IMG/VR virus record: IMGVR_UViG_3300026442_000101
DNA from: a virus
Taxonomy: Duplodnaviria; Caudoviricetes
Direction: 5' to 3' (one strand)
Length of the DNA: 64,000 bases
Shown here: positions 54,696-64,000 of the stretch, piece by piece
Position numbering within the stretch: the stretch's first letter is position 1
Layout: every line of letters begins with the position of its first letter
Position numbers and translations under genes: made by a program
Notes under the pieces: model-generated
Databases searched by the model: none
What the model saw: the letters and a program-made list of their open reading frames with translations, nothing else
What the model was told of the DNA's origin: nothing

Positions 54696-56213
54696 TTAAG
54701 GCTTAACAGCCGCCTCTTTCTCGAAGATCTTGTCGTCCTCGACGATTTCAGGCAGGCCCATTTCTTTACGAGATTTTGGATACCAGTACGGGTGGTACTG
54801 ACCGACGCGCATGCGCAGCAGGTCCATCGTACTGAGGTAAGGGATGGATTCACCATCTTCGATCGGCATGAACCAGTACCGCGTGCTGAGCAGCAGATTC
54901 CAGTCATACCCCATATTCTTGATTTCCGCGTACAGCTCAACCGGATCGCAGACGTAGCGCTGATCGAAGTTGGTCCAGTACGTGAACATCCAGAACATCT
55001 CGGCACAGATTAGTGCCGAGCGGCCGCAATGAGGATTCTGACGGAACTTCTGACGCACCTCGGTACGCTGCATCTTGATGTCAGGCGTCAGCGCCATGCT
55101 GTAGTAGCGGTTGTTGGCATCATGGTTGATGATACCGAAACGACCAGCTTCATCCCGCAGGAAGATGAAGTTAGACATCTCAGGCAGCAGGCCGTCTTTC
55201 TGAGAGATCACGAACGGCAGCGGTACGCCGGAGATACCGAACTTACCACGCATGTTGGTCAGCTTGACCTGAATCAGATCGTTCTGGTTGTCAGCATCAC
55301 CCGGCTCGTACGGGAACTCAGGCATGGCGTCCTTGCCCGAGCCGTTGATCATCGGCGAGTAGTGCGTGACGATATAGCAGTTGCCGGTGGCGAACGAGAA
55401 GTTCTCAGGCACACGCTTGAGCTTCACTTCACCTTTGAGCATCTTCAGAGTCTTGACCGAAGGCTTCTTCGGATCGAGCTCATATGCCTGGCCGACCTGA
55501 GAGGTGGCGAGCAGGTAGAAGGAATGCTTGGCGGTCATGTCAGGGATCTGATCGACCATCTGACTCTTACCGCTGTTGACCCGCATGGCGAGCATGTTCA
55601 GGTCTTTGGAACCGACGTCGCCTTCGGCCAGCATATCGACGGCGTTCTTCGCCTTCATAGCCGAGAAGCTGTCCCAGAACGAAACGATCGGGTCGAAGTA
55701 CTCGTACGGCTTGCCGGTGTCCGGGTGCATGATCTCCAGCTTGCGCTTCTTCTCTTCCTTGAGGCGCTTCTTGCAGAAGGTCTTGAGCAGGTCGAACAGA
55801 TCGGTGGCATCGTAGTCGACGGATCGGGTGAAGAACATCCGACCGGTGTCGATGAGACTTTCAGGCATCTTGCCGGTTTGGTCGATGTACTGCATGGCCA
55901 GACGGACCAGCAGTTCCATACGCTCGATGACCATGGTGGTCTCGGCATCGTGGACGTGCAGCACAGCGCGGGAGAATGCACGCAGCACGGCTGCCGAACA
56001 GTAAGCCGCAATGGTGGACTTGAACATGTTCGGCATAGCGCCGATGGACCAGAACAGAGCGAAGCCGCCATTGAGAATGGACTGACCCTTATGACCCTTC
56101 ACCCAGTGGCCAGCAGAAATGTCGAGGACGATCCCCGTGTTTGGCATAGGGTAAAATGGGTCGGCTTTCTTCGCAAACATGTCGGAGAAAGCACTGAGTT
56201 TAAACGGGGGCAT
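54696..56213 (-). CDS. RecA/UvsX-like ATPase (phiKZ gp152-like)
   Basis: Variant Walker A GAMPNMFKST, Walker-B-like SFWDSFS, NMRGKFG; start moved to MPPFKL. Confidence 0.75.
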   Translation of the reverse strand: MPPFKLSAFSDMFAKKADPFYPMPNTGIVLDISAGHWVKGHKGQSILNGGFALFWSIGAMPNMFKSTIAAYCSAAVLRAFSRAVLHVHDAETTMVIERMELLVRLAMQYIDQTGKMPESLIDTGRMFFTRSVDYDATDLFDLLKTFCKKRLKEEKKRKLEIMHPDTGKPYEYFDPIVSFWDSFSAMKAKNAVDMLAEGDVGSKDLNMLAMRVNSGKSQMVDQIPDMTAKHSFYLLATSQVGQAYELDPKKPSVKTLKMLKGEVKLKRVPENFSFATGNCYIVTHYSPMINGSGKDAMPEFPYEPGDADNQNDLIQVKLTNMRGKFGISGVPLPFVISQKDGLLPEMSNFIFLRDEAGRFGIINHDANNRYYSMALTPDIKMQRTEVRQKFRQNPHCGRSALICAEMFWMFTYWTNFDQRYVCDPVELYAEIKNMGYDWNLLLSTRYWFMPIEDGESIPYLSTMDLLRMRVGQYHPYWYPKSRKEMGLPEIVEDDKIFEKEAAVKP

Positions 56214-56317
56214 TGCCACGGGTGGACCTCCAATGAATATGCGTACACAAGATAGCAACGTCTTGTAAATAAATAGGCTCTGCTATGAGCTGAACACCTA
56301 AACCGGAGCCCTTGCTC

Positions 56318-57175
56318 ATGCCAAACCTGAATAACCCAATGGAACAGTTTTCCGCCGGCGTGACCGGCACTCTGGAAGACCTCATTCGTCGCGGTTCGAT
56401 GCTGTCGACTGAATCCAAAGGTGTGCCATACACTGCTTCCCTCAAAGGCGTCTTCCGCGAGTTCGTCAATGACGCGTCTGCGTTCTTGAACGGCTTTAAG
56501 GTCGGTAACTTCGCCAAACAGAAAATCGAGACCAAAGAGCTCGATGAAAAGATCAAGCTGAGCGAGTATTCGAAAGTCCGTCAGTTCACCGTCAAGGTGC
56601 CCGCCGGCTTCAATGGTCGCTGGATCCCCTTCTTCGAGTTTCTGCTCAAGGAGATCATGCCAGCCGTCTCGACTCTCGAGCAGACCCTGTCTATCGCCAA
56701 CACCAAGATGGCGGTCGTGCTGAACGAGCCTGATCGTCTGAAGGCACAGTCGGGCATTCGTGATCTGGCGAGCAAGATCGCCCTGGTCGAAGTTACCGAC
56801 TTCGAGCGCATGAAAGCTTTCTTCGATGCCAAGGGTAAGACCGAGGCTTTGGTCAGCTCTGTGGTCGATCGTAACGCCGATATCGACACCGCCTTCACGC
56901 TCTGCAACAAACTGAATGCTGAGCTGTCGGTCGTCGACTTCAACGCCATCCAGAAGCTCTCTGACCGTCTGGCGCAACTCACTGCCTCGCTGAACGAAAC
57001 TACCGATAAGGAAGAGTTCAACGAGATGTCGGGTCTCGTGACCAGCCAGCTGTCCGACCTGTTCTACCAGATGGGTGTCACGCTGACTGCTGGCGCGGTG
57101 CTCATGGACATTACCAAGCAGATGACTGATGCCATGATCATCAGCCGCGATGATCTGCTGCAACAACTGAGTTAA
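56318..57175 (+). CDS. Probable virion head protein
   Basis: STES motif, TATG upstream, strong codon bias. Confidence 0.65.
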   Translation: MPNLNNPMEQFSAGVTGTLEDLIRRGSMLSTESKGVPYTASLKGVFREFVNDASAFLNGFKVGNFAKQKIETKELDEKIKLSEYSKVRQFTVKVPAGFNGRWIPFFEFLLKEIMPAVSTLEQTLSIANTKMAVVLNEPDRLKAQSGIRDLASKIALVEVTDFERMKAFFDAKGKTEALVSSVVDRNADIDTAFTLCNKLNAELSVVDFNAIQKLSDRLAQLTASLNETTDKEEFNEMSGLVTSQLSDLFYQMGVTLTAGAVLMDITKQMTDAMIISRDDLLQQLS

Positions 57176-57177
57176 GG

Positions 57178-57217
57178 GCATACCCTCGCCGTTAGTGGTT
57201 CGTCCACTAACGGCGAG
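57178..57217. terminator. Hairpin at a convergent junction
   Basis: 14-bp stem ctcgccgttagtgg/ccactaacggcgag, GCATA on the left. Confidence 0.75.
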
Positions 57218-57224
57218 AGAGCCT

Positions 57225-57641
57225 TTACGCTGTTCGCATACTGTCAAAGACAGCTTTGATGTCGTGCACAATGCTACTTCCATCGGCATACTTCACCCAG
57301 TCCGGAGTCTGCGAAAGCAGTTCCACTGACAAGGTTGCGAACGCCGAATGGTCCGCTTTGTAACGCTCAAGGATTCCTGGTAAGTCGACCTTGCCCCAAA
57401 CGATCTTACAGATCGCGGCTGGGAACAAGAGGGCGCTTGCTCGATTCACCAGATCGAATCGCTGATTAACTTCCGCCAGCTGGTCCTTGGTTGGATGATT
57501 GATTCCGTTCATGCAGAAGTACATCGAGGCAACGAAGATCATCCGTTTGATGCTGTGCTGCTGGCCGGCGGCTCGCTTATCGAGCGATTCATTCCTTAGG
57601 CTGCGAGATGCATCCACAGCCATGAGTTGTTTGGCGCTCAT
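57225..57641 (-). CDS. Hypothetical protein
   Basis: 138 aa, AGAGG SD. Confidence 0.7.
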   Translation of the reverse strand: MSAKQLMAVDASRSLRNESLDKRAAGQQHSIKRMIFVASMYFCMNGINHPTKDQLAEVNQRFDLVNRASALLFPAAICKIVWGKVDLPGILERYKADHSAFATLSVELLSQTPDWVKYADGSSIVHDIKAVFDSMRTA

Positions 57642-57667
57642 AGAGAACCTCTACGATCAGTTGGTGG

Positions 57668-59155
57668 TTACCGCTTGACCGCGTAGTAGATGTTGGCTTC
57701 AGTTCTGGCCCACAACCCTACATCGCCAGAATTCAACTCTACCAGGGTGGCGTAACGGCCTACGAGATCCGAATCCCTCCAGGTCACAACCTTTACCGAC
57801 TTCACTTCTTCCGATAGAGCCGAGAGCTGGTTACGCGTTAGGATGTCGCCGCCCAAGATCAAACGTACCTTGCCTAAGAAAGGCTTTGGTTCGTCTTTCT
57901 GCTTCTCCAGATTGAACTCGACTTTTACATCGAGCCACTTCGTAATCGGGCTGATAGCAGGCTTGAGTTTTCGCAAGGTCTTTTTCTTCTCCTCACGATC
58001 CTCATACACTATATCGGTAATATCGGTCACCCGATAGTAGCTATCTGCCGCCGCAATCCCGTCCAGAGCCTTCGACATGCTCTCCCATTGAGCAGCGCCA
58101 CGGAAGCCCAAACCGACCGGCTTAAGCTCAACGAGAAGCTCGATCTTCTTCGCATCGAGGAGGTCGATTCGCTTAGGATCGTTGAACAGGAAGGTCGCTC
58201 CATATTCGTCCAGCTCTTTGTACGTACGTGGCGAGAAGATGGCATCCAGATGCGCGATGACGATAGCACCGTATTTCTTCGGATCCTTGCTGATCGCATT
58301 CAGGCGCAGCTTCTCCATCACAGGGTCGGGAGACTTTGTCCTGACCACACCCAGGAAGTTATCGGCGTAACGCTTGCCGAGAAGATCGTCTTCCTTATCC
58401 TTGGTGCCGTGTGCGCCGACGTAATACTCAGTTGAACCATCCGGTAGCTTGTACTGGAGGTCGTTGGTCGAGAAGTACCAACGAGGAGCTTGCAGGATTC
58501 GAGGAGCCGTGTTCTTCAAGCCCCAATAGCCCTGAGCTTCCTTCTCCGTCTTGATGATGTTCTCGTTGTCGTTGGTACCGAGCACGATACCGCGGGTAGC
58601 CAAGGCGTCAGCCAAGGTGTTACCGATGCTCGCATCACGCGGGATCCAGTTGACAGTGAAGTTCGCCGTTTCGCGAAGACGGTTTCTGATCTCAACGACC
58701 TGTTCCCACATCTTGCGATACTGGACAGGTCCGCCTTTAGTGGTCATCCAGTTACGCTGGATCCACGTATCGGTCATCACGAGACCTTTGACGCAGAACT
58801 GCGAGTCGGAGAAGAACTTAGCCTCGGTGATCTGAGGGTTCTCTTCCAGCCACTTCATTCCCTGATAAAGGGCATAGAGCTCTACTTCGTTGTTGCTGGC
58901 GTACGTCTTACCTCCACCGATGATATCGATGTACTTGTCGAGGGTGACTTTATTACCAACGATCGGATGACCCTCGACTATGTTGCCGAGGTAGCCGTTG
59001 TCGGACGGTACTGCTTTCGGATTGCCGGTACCTTTCTTCGGAAGTTCATCGAAGTAGGTGTAGCCGTGGACGCCCCAACCACCAATCCGTTTCTCCGGAA
59101 GGTAGCCGCCGTCCACGTAAATCACGGCCCGAGTAGACACTGCGGTCTCAGACAT
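57668..59155 (-). CDS. rnhA: Ribonuclease HI with a C-terminal extension (phiKZ gp155-like)
   Basis: IYVDGG, SNNEVEL, FSDSQF, NW...W, GNTLADALA: complete DEDD set. Confidence 0.9.
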   Translation of the reverse strand: MSETAVSTRAVIYVDGGYLPEKRIGGWGVHGYTYFDELPKKGTGNPKAVPSDNGYLGNIVEGHPIVGNKVTLDKYIDIIGGGKTYASNNEVELYALYQGMKWLEENPQITEAKFFSDSQFCVKGLVMTDTWIQRNWMTTKGGPVQYRKMWEQVVEIRNRLRETANFTVNWIPRDASIGNTLADALATRGIVLGTNDNENIIKTEKEAQGYWGLKNTAPRILQAPRWYFSTNDLQYKLPDGSTEYYVGAHGTKDKEDDLLGKRYADNFLGVVRTKSPDPVMEKLRLNAISKDPKKYGAIVIAHLDAIFSPRTYKELDEYGATFLFNDPKRIDLLDAKKIELLVELKPVGLGFRGAAQWESMSKALDGIAAADSYYRVTDITDIVYEDREEKKKTLRKLKPAISPITKWLDVKVEFNLEKQKDEPKPFLGKVRLILGGDILTRNQLSALSEEVKSVKVVTWRDSDLVGRYATLVELNSGDVGLWARTEANIYYAVKR

Positions 59156-59206
59156 CTCAAGTTCCTTGCTTGTACTCTCTAAATGATTAGCAGGCCCGGT
59201 AGCTTT

Positions 59207-59563
59207 TTAAATCTTCGGGTGATCGAGGTTACATTGGAACTGTTCTTTCAGCTCCTCGTACTGCTTCCTCAATTCTGAGATGTGAGCAAAGAGCGCGTCG
59301 ATTAACGCCTTCGAGTCATCAGGGTCCATTTTACTGATGTCAGGAAGGTTGGCCACATGGTACGTGGCGAGCTCGGCCTTCTCGATCGCCTTACATTCCC
59401 TCTCCATCAGACGCTCGACTCGTGGTTTGAGTCGCTCATCAACTCGGGTGAGATCCGGGTCGATGTTGATATTGTTGTAGATCTGAATGGACGCCGGGGT
59501 GATCGGCGTGCATGACCCCAAGAGCAGGAGAGGTATTTGGATCAAGAGTCTAGGGTTGGACAT
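59207..59563 (-). CDS. Candidate o-spanin lipoprotein
   Basis: Lipobox LLLLGSC at about residue 18. Confidence 0.65.
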   Translation of the reverse strand: MSNPRLLIQIPLLLLGSCTPITPASIQIYNNINIDPDLTRVDERLKPRVERLMERECKAIEKAELATYHVANLPDISKMDPDDSKALIDALFAHISELRKQYEELKEQFQCNLDHPKI

Positions 59564-59566
59564 TGG

Positions 59567-60022
59567 TTACTTCCCGTCTTGTTCAAGCGAGCGCAAACGT
59601 TGTTCGATGTAGAACTTGATACTCACATCGTCCGGTAGTTTGGACCGAGTTCTACGCGGTGGCTTTGCGTCGGGTGGTTGGTGTTGATGGTTGGTAGGGC
59701 TTTGGGGAGGTTCCCGAGTGTTCAGGGCTTTAAGCAAGCTTTGCTTATCCATCTCCAAAGCAGCATTCCGCTCCTTCAATTCTTCGACAGTGCGAACCTG
59801 GTGTTCATAGACGAACTTCAGGCGGTCGAGTTCCTTCAGCGCAGTATCAGCGACTTCGCTTATATAGAGAAACAGTACGAACAGGAATATCAGACAGCCG
59901 CTGAGGATGCTCGCCAGTTTGTTATCTAGTAAGAAAGCCCTGAGGTCTTTGTCCTTCAGGATGATTTCGCGTGCCAAAGGGAAGAGAGACTTCAGTATGA
60001 GTAGCAGCGTTGTACCTGACAC
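59567..60022 (-). CDS. Candidate i-spanin
   Basis: TM segment ILSGCLIFLFVLFLYI, then a coiled coil; directly upstream of the lipoprotein gene. Confidence 0.6.
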   Translation of the reverse strand: MSGTTLLLILKSLFPLAREIILKDKDLRAFLLDNKLASILSGCLIFLFVLFLYISEVADTALKELDRLKFVYEHQVRTVEELKERNAALEMDKQSLLKALNTREPPQSPTNHQHQPPDAKPPRRTRSKLPDDVSIKFYIEQRLRSLEQDGK

Positions 60023-60130
60023 TGTGAGGTCCTCTGAAACAATTCCCTTGAAAATGATATAGCTTGAGACTACACGGTGTAATTATTTACGCTAACATCC
60101 AGTCATACCTTTCGCCGCTCGCGCATTGAG

Positions 60131-61459
60131 GTGTATAACGTGAAAATTTTCAAGGCATTTGCCCAGATCGGACCGCTGACCGATAACACGGACAACGTGG
60201 TGGCTCCGGTCGGCGAGCTGGCTCCTATGTCGCGAACGTTCGTTCGTGGCTATACCGAGTACGTGCATTCCGACTTTCCTGGCGACCTTACCCTGATCGG
60301 CTTCTCCTACAAAGAGGAAGATGTCAAGAAGGCCGTCCCGGACACCACTTCCTATGCTTGCCTCAAGGTAATCTCCTGGGTCTACGGCCAGGCTCGCCTC
60401 GGTAAGTTCACCGAGCAGAAGGACTCGTTCCAGCAGCCGTTCATCCAACAGTTCGGCACTGAGTTCGATCTCGTAAGTTCAGGTGAGCATGTAGCATTCG
60501 GCAACTACTGGTCCCCTGAGTACATCGAGTTCGCTCCGTACCAGCAAGACGCGACCACCCGCTGGCGCGTATGGTTCTCGGACGATGCGTTCTATAACCA
60601 GTTCGACGAATTCCAGCACATGGTCGTACCGCCGGTTGTTCCGGTGGATCAGTTCTTCGACGACTTCAACGGTGTGACCGATCTGGTAGCGGCTATCAAG
60701 CAAGCCGATATCTTTGATCGCATCCGAGTGGCTCGTGGCAAGTTCCCAGAGACCGTTCTGCGTACCGACATGTTCCAGTGGCATGATCGGGCCGACAAGA
60801 CGCTCACCGTCGACACCGACTGGGTAACCGTCATCTACGGCGCCGCTGGCGACAACCTTGACGCTACCAAGGAAGCGATCCGTAACTACATTCTGGCGAA
60901 CACCACTCACACTCGCGACGAGTGGGCAGTGATCTTCCCTGACCTTTTTACGTCGACCGAGTTCATCTTCACCCCGATGGCGACTGACTACGCTGTCCCA
61001 AACGGTGATCGTGACCACGGTATCTATTCTGGTCAGACCTCCATCCAGAAAGCGATCCGGATGTGCCGTAAGACCTGCAAAGGTGTGAAGTACACCAACG
61101 CCCACATCGACAAGGTGATCTGCATCGTCCCGACGCAGTTCCGCTCGATCATGTGTTCGGTGGTGGGTGGTCCTGAGAACCGTGACGGTATCGACCTGTT
61201 CATGGAACGCTACCCGGACTACATCAACGCGTCCTTCACCCACCAGGACTTCATGGCCATGAGCGAGGAGACTCGCGGCTTCTGCTACATGCTCGCTGAA
61301 ATGATCATGCACGCAGAAGAGATGACCGTGGACTCGGGCGTGCCGCAAGGCTACAACCGAATCATCCGTGACGGTATCGTCTACATCGCGAAGAGCTACA
61401 AGAACTTCCTCTATCTGGTAGTGGCGTTCTCGAGCGTCAAAGCTACGGGAGTGGTATAA
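60131..61459 (+). CDS. Virion structural protein
   Basis: 442 aa, N-terminal DN...APVGEL typical of phiKZ-like virion proteins (recalled). Confidence 0.7.
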   Translation: MYNVKIFKAFAQIGPLTDNTDNVVAPVGELAPMSRTFVRGYTEYVHSDFPGDLTLIGFSYKEEDVKKAVPDTTSYACLKVISWVYGQARLGKFTEQKDSFQQPFIQQFGTEFDLVSSGEHVAFGNYWSPEYIEFAPYQQDATTRWRVWFSDDAFYNQFDEFQHMVVPPVVPVDQFFDDFNGVTDLVAAIKQADIFDRIRVARGKFPETVLRTDMFQWHDRADKTLTVDTDWVTVIYGAAGDNLDATKEAIRNYILANTTHTRDEWAVIFPDLFTSTEFIFTPMATDYAVPNGDRDHGIYSGQTSIQKAIRMCRKTCKGVKYTNAHIDKVICIVPTQFRSIMCSVVGGPENRDGIDLFMERYPDYINASFTHQDFMAMSEETRGFCYMLAEMIMHAEEMTVDSGVPQGYNRIIRDGIVYIAKSYKNFLYLVVAFSSVKATGVV

Positions 61460-61462
61460 ACC

Positions 61463-62107
61463 ATGGCGAGAGTAACTCCGCCTCCAGGTGCGACGGGGTT
61501 ATTCCAACTCCGTCTACCGTTCGAGGCTAAGCCCACTCTATCGTACACCGTTGGAGCGATCCGTTCCTTCGCTGAGATGATCAGTCAGGGCGATGATCCG
61601 ATCAAGATGGTCTACACCCCTAACCAACTGACGCAGGCTGATTATGATGCCGACGTTGAGGCTGGGGCGTACGTCATCACGTTGATGACACCATCGCAGC
61701 TACCGCTATACGTGCCTGATACGTATATCGTCTCTTATCCGAACATGGGCACCGTACCTCACAGCGAAGTCGTGCTGTGCGTACCGCTCGGTATCCTGCC
61801 GGACACCTACGATCTGACTCGTGCTATCCAGGCGTGCCAGACCGCGGTGGAGGACGACTGTGGTATCACTACGGTGGTGACCGCTGCGACCATCCCGACC
61901 GTTGATGTGGTGACTCAGGCTCAGGCTGTAGCAGCACAAGCCGCCCGAACTGCCGCTATCAAAAATAAGACGACCTACTTCTCGCAGACATTGTTCTTGC
62001 AAGAGCAGGTCGAGAACTACAAGGTCAGTGAGGCTGCGCTCATTCAACTTGTCGAATCCCTGCAAGCCAGGATCGATGAGCTCGAAGGTTCGGCTCCAGG
62101 TACGTAA
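61463..62107 (+). CDS. Probable virion structural protein
   Basis: 214 aa, coupled to the previous gene, C-terminal coiled coil. Confidence 0.65.
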   Translation: MARVTPPPGATGLFQLRLPFEAKPTLSYTVGAIRSFAEMISQGDDPIKMVYTPNQLTQADYDADVEAGAYVITLMTPSQLPLYVPDTYIVSYPNMGTVPHSEVVLCVPLGILPDTYDLTRAIQACQTAVEDDCGITTVVTAATIPTVDVVTQAQAVAAQAARTAAIKNKTTYFSQTLFLQEQVENYKVSEAALIQLVESLQARIDELEGSAPGT

Positions 62108-62110
62108 ACG

Positions 62111-62147
62111 ACATAGAGGCCGGGGACTTACCCCGGCCTCTATGCTG
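62111..62147. terminator. Bidirectional hairpin element, copy 3
   Basis: catagaggccgggg-actta-ccccggcctctatg, perfect 14-bp stem. Confidence 0.75.
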
Positions 62148-62381
62148 TCAGCTGAAGATGAACTTCAAGAACGCAAAGCCCGGCAACAGACCCCAGACGA
62201 TGATCGATGCGAGGATCGCGCCGATCACCCCGCCCCAGATCATGCAGGCGGTTCTGCTAGCCACGGTAGTCCGACGTCCGGGCAATTTGTTCAGCCGGAT
62301 GTCTTTGGCGCGGTCGGCGAAGAAGTACCAGTTGCAAAGCAGGATAACGACCACGTAGATCGCAATGATCACCCACTTCAT
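62148..62381 (-). CDS. Small two-TM membrane protein
   Basis: MKWVIIAIYVVVILLC...IWGGVIGAILASIIVWGLL; ATGA-coupled. Confidence 0.65.
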   Translation of the reverse strand: MKWVIIAIYVVVILLCNWYFFADRAKDIRLNKLPGRRTTVASRTACMIWGGVIGAILASIIVWGLLPGFAFLKFIFS

Positions 62382-62665
62382 TTGACGTGCACCACATTCG
62401 CCCACAGGACGAACTCGTTGCCGAAACGCTCGACACGGTTCCAGCCGGCCGACAGTGCGGCAGCGGTGAAGAAGGTAGCTTGCTGCTCGAAGCGCTCAGC
62501 GTCCGGCAGAGCTTCCCAGGCAGCGTGCTTATCCTGGTCTACGTTACCCTCGGCGTCGTAGCCGACCACGGTACTGTAGTCAGCGAAGTTCTCAACGCTC
62601 TGACGATCGATCAGAAGAGTCTGACGATTCGGACACATGTCGTTTACATCGTAAGGAAAGTTCAT
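62378..62665 (-). CDS. Hypothetical protein
   Basis: 95 aa, TAATG coupling to sbcC. Confidence 0.7.
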   Translation of the reverse strand: MNFPYDVNDMCPNRQTLLIDRQSVENFADYSTVVGYDAEGNVDQDKHAAWEALPDAERFEQQATFFTAAALSAGWNRVERFGNEFVLWANVVHVK

Positions 62666-64000
62666 TAGGCGAATTCCACATGGAGGTTATAAGCGTGCGG
62701 GTAGTTCAGGTTACGATCGTCCATGATGATTGTTTCCGACATGGGGAACGCAGTCTGACCATCCAGTGTGTGACTAACGATTAACACCTGCGAGAAGTGC
62801 TCGTCATCCACGAGGTCCTTGATCAACGGGATCAGGTTGTGACGATGGGCTTCGTCAAACGATGATCCGATCTCATCGAGGAACAGCGGATAGTCGGTCA
62901 GCTTCATGCAGTAGTACGCAGCCAGACGAAATGCCTGGTTGATGACATCTTTGATGGAACGGCTCCCTTCCGAGATATCGTTCCGACGTTGCCTGTCGAC
63001 AGTGACTGGGAACTTGTAGGTGATCTCGGTATCTTCCACGTCACAGTGGTGCAGATGCAGAGGATACCCCCAAACCCGTTTGATCAACTTGTTCACGATG
63101 TTGATTACGCTAGCCATCTGCTGAGAGATCTGCTCGGCGAGGAAACCTTTCTTGGGACACATCTCAGCCACTAGACGCTTGTAAGCCGTCTCTTGTACGA
63201 GTGCGTTCTTCAATTGGTTCTCAAGATCCTTTACCAGCGTCTCATGAGTTTCCTGTTCGCTGATAGCGTATTCGTGAACACCGATGCTCTGCTTGGTCTT
63301 CCTGATCATGTCCTCAATCACCAAGTCGCCCTGGTGGTTGCAGTACGAGATCAATTCGCCGCGCAGTTCACTGTAGCCTTGCTCGATGGCTTGATAGGTG
63401 CTTTCGTACCCATGCCATTCTTGGACGATCTTATTGACCCGATGTCTTTCATCTCCCACAGCGCTGAGCTGCTTCCAAGTAACCTCGTACGCCTCTTGAG
63501 CTTCTTCGAACTCCTTGAGGATCTTTGCAGCCTCGCCGCTGTTGGCTTCGTGCTTTGCAAGCTGTAGCTGGAAGATGTCGATGGCCTTAGCGTACTCGGT
63601 GCGTTGTTCATTGTGCAGAACATCACGTTCATACAGAGCGAGCTTGGCCGACAGAGTCTTACCGGCAGAAGTCCAGCCGCAGTTATCGAGCCATGCAAAG
63701 AGACCCGGGTATTCCGACTGGTACTGTCCACGCAGTTCGTCAAGCTTGGCGTAGGACTCGACGGCGCGAGATACTTTCTGGAGATGCTCCTCAGCGTTCT
63801 CGACTTCACCTTCCAGCTCGTTGTTCATGACCGTACCTTTATCGGCACGATTCTTGAGTTCATCGAGCTTACCTTCTTCAATACCTGGCTTGAACTCGGT
63901 CTTACAGTTAGGGCAAGAGACAGTCTCGCAACTATGGATGTGTTCGATCTGTCGGGTGATATCCTCCAGAAGTCCAGAGACGCGATTCAAGCGCTCCTTC
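62665..64000 (-). CDS. sbcC: SbcC/Rad50-like ATPase, 3' half (starts beyond the right edge)
   Basis: Zinc hook CPNC, coiled coil, signature ISEGSRS, Walker B/D-loop FLDEIGSSFD, H-loop VSH; frame open to base 64000. Confidence 0.9.
   Translation of the reverse strand, partial: KERLNRVSGLLEDITRQIEHIHSCETVSCPNCKTEFKPGIEEGKLDELKNRADKGTVMNNELEGEVENAEEHLQKVSRAVESYAKLDELRGQYQSEYPGLFAWLDNCGWTSAGKTLSAKLALYERDVLHNEQRTEYAKAIDIFQLQLAKHEANSGEAAKILKEFEEAQEAYEVTWKQLSAVGDERHRVNKIVQEWHGYESTYQAIEQGYSELRGELISYCNHQGDLVIEDMIRKTKQSIGVHEYAISEQETHETLVKDLENQLKNALVQETAYKRLVAEMCPKKGFLAEQISQQMASVINIVNKLIKRVWGYPLHLHHCDVEDTEITYKFPVTVDRQRRNDISEGSRSIKDVINQAFRLAAYYCMKLTDYPLFLDEIGSSFDEAHRHNLIPLIKDLVDDEHFSQVLIVSHTLDGQTAFPMSETIIMDDRNLNYPHAYNLHVEFA

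Noticed and set aside
1-64000. Stop-codon reassignment (alternative genetic code)
   Set aside because: Core genes are full length under the standard code, and TAA, TGA and TAG all end well-supported genes.

Overview
This window is part of a phiKZ-like, nucleus-forming jumbo phage genome (Chimalliviridae type). Left to right it carries: the 5' part of a B-family DNA polymerase subunit (runs off the left edge and is missing from the ORF track); about ten small hypothetical genes of similar size; the tubulin PhuZ; a 435-nt non-coding gap rich in hairpins; an operon of hypothetical genes; the head/terminase/baseplate/sheath/tube block; an accessory cassette with a tyrosine/dual-specificity phosphatase; a protease-processed head protein; the prohead protease; four virion RNA polymerase pieces (beta-N, beta'-N, beta-C, probable beta'-C); a large tail protein with a lytic transglycosylase domain; a RecA/UvsX-like ATPase; RNase H; a candidate spanin pair; and the 3' half of an SbcC/Rad50 ATPase (runs off the right edge). 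Gene order (head gene next to terminase; tube followed by protease and vRNAP) resembles SPN3US/EL-type phages as I recall them. phiKZ gp numbers are recalled from motifs and synteny, not from a search. I saw no tRNA, CRISPR array, intron, intein or mobile element. The leads most worth testing are: (1) a possible tandem array of very diverged paralogs between the DNA polymerase and phuZ; (2) the structured gap at 8251-8685; (3) a recurring hairpin+TATG element that appears to replace the U-tract of terminators; (4) an AATCA..TACAT motif upstream of accessory operons; (5) a head protein with a cleavable propeptide and a membrane-insertion segment; (6) a NADAR-like protein.
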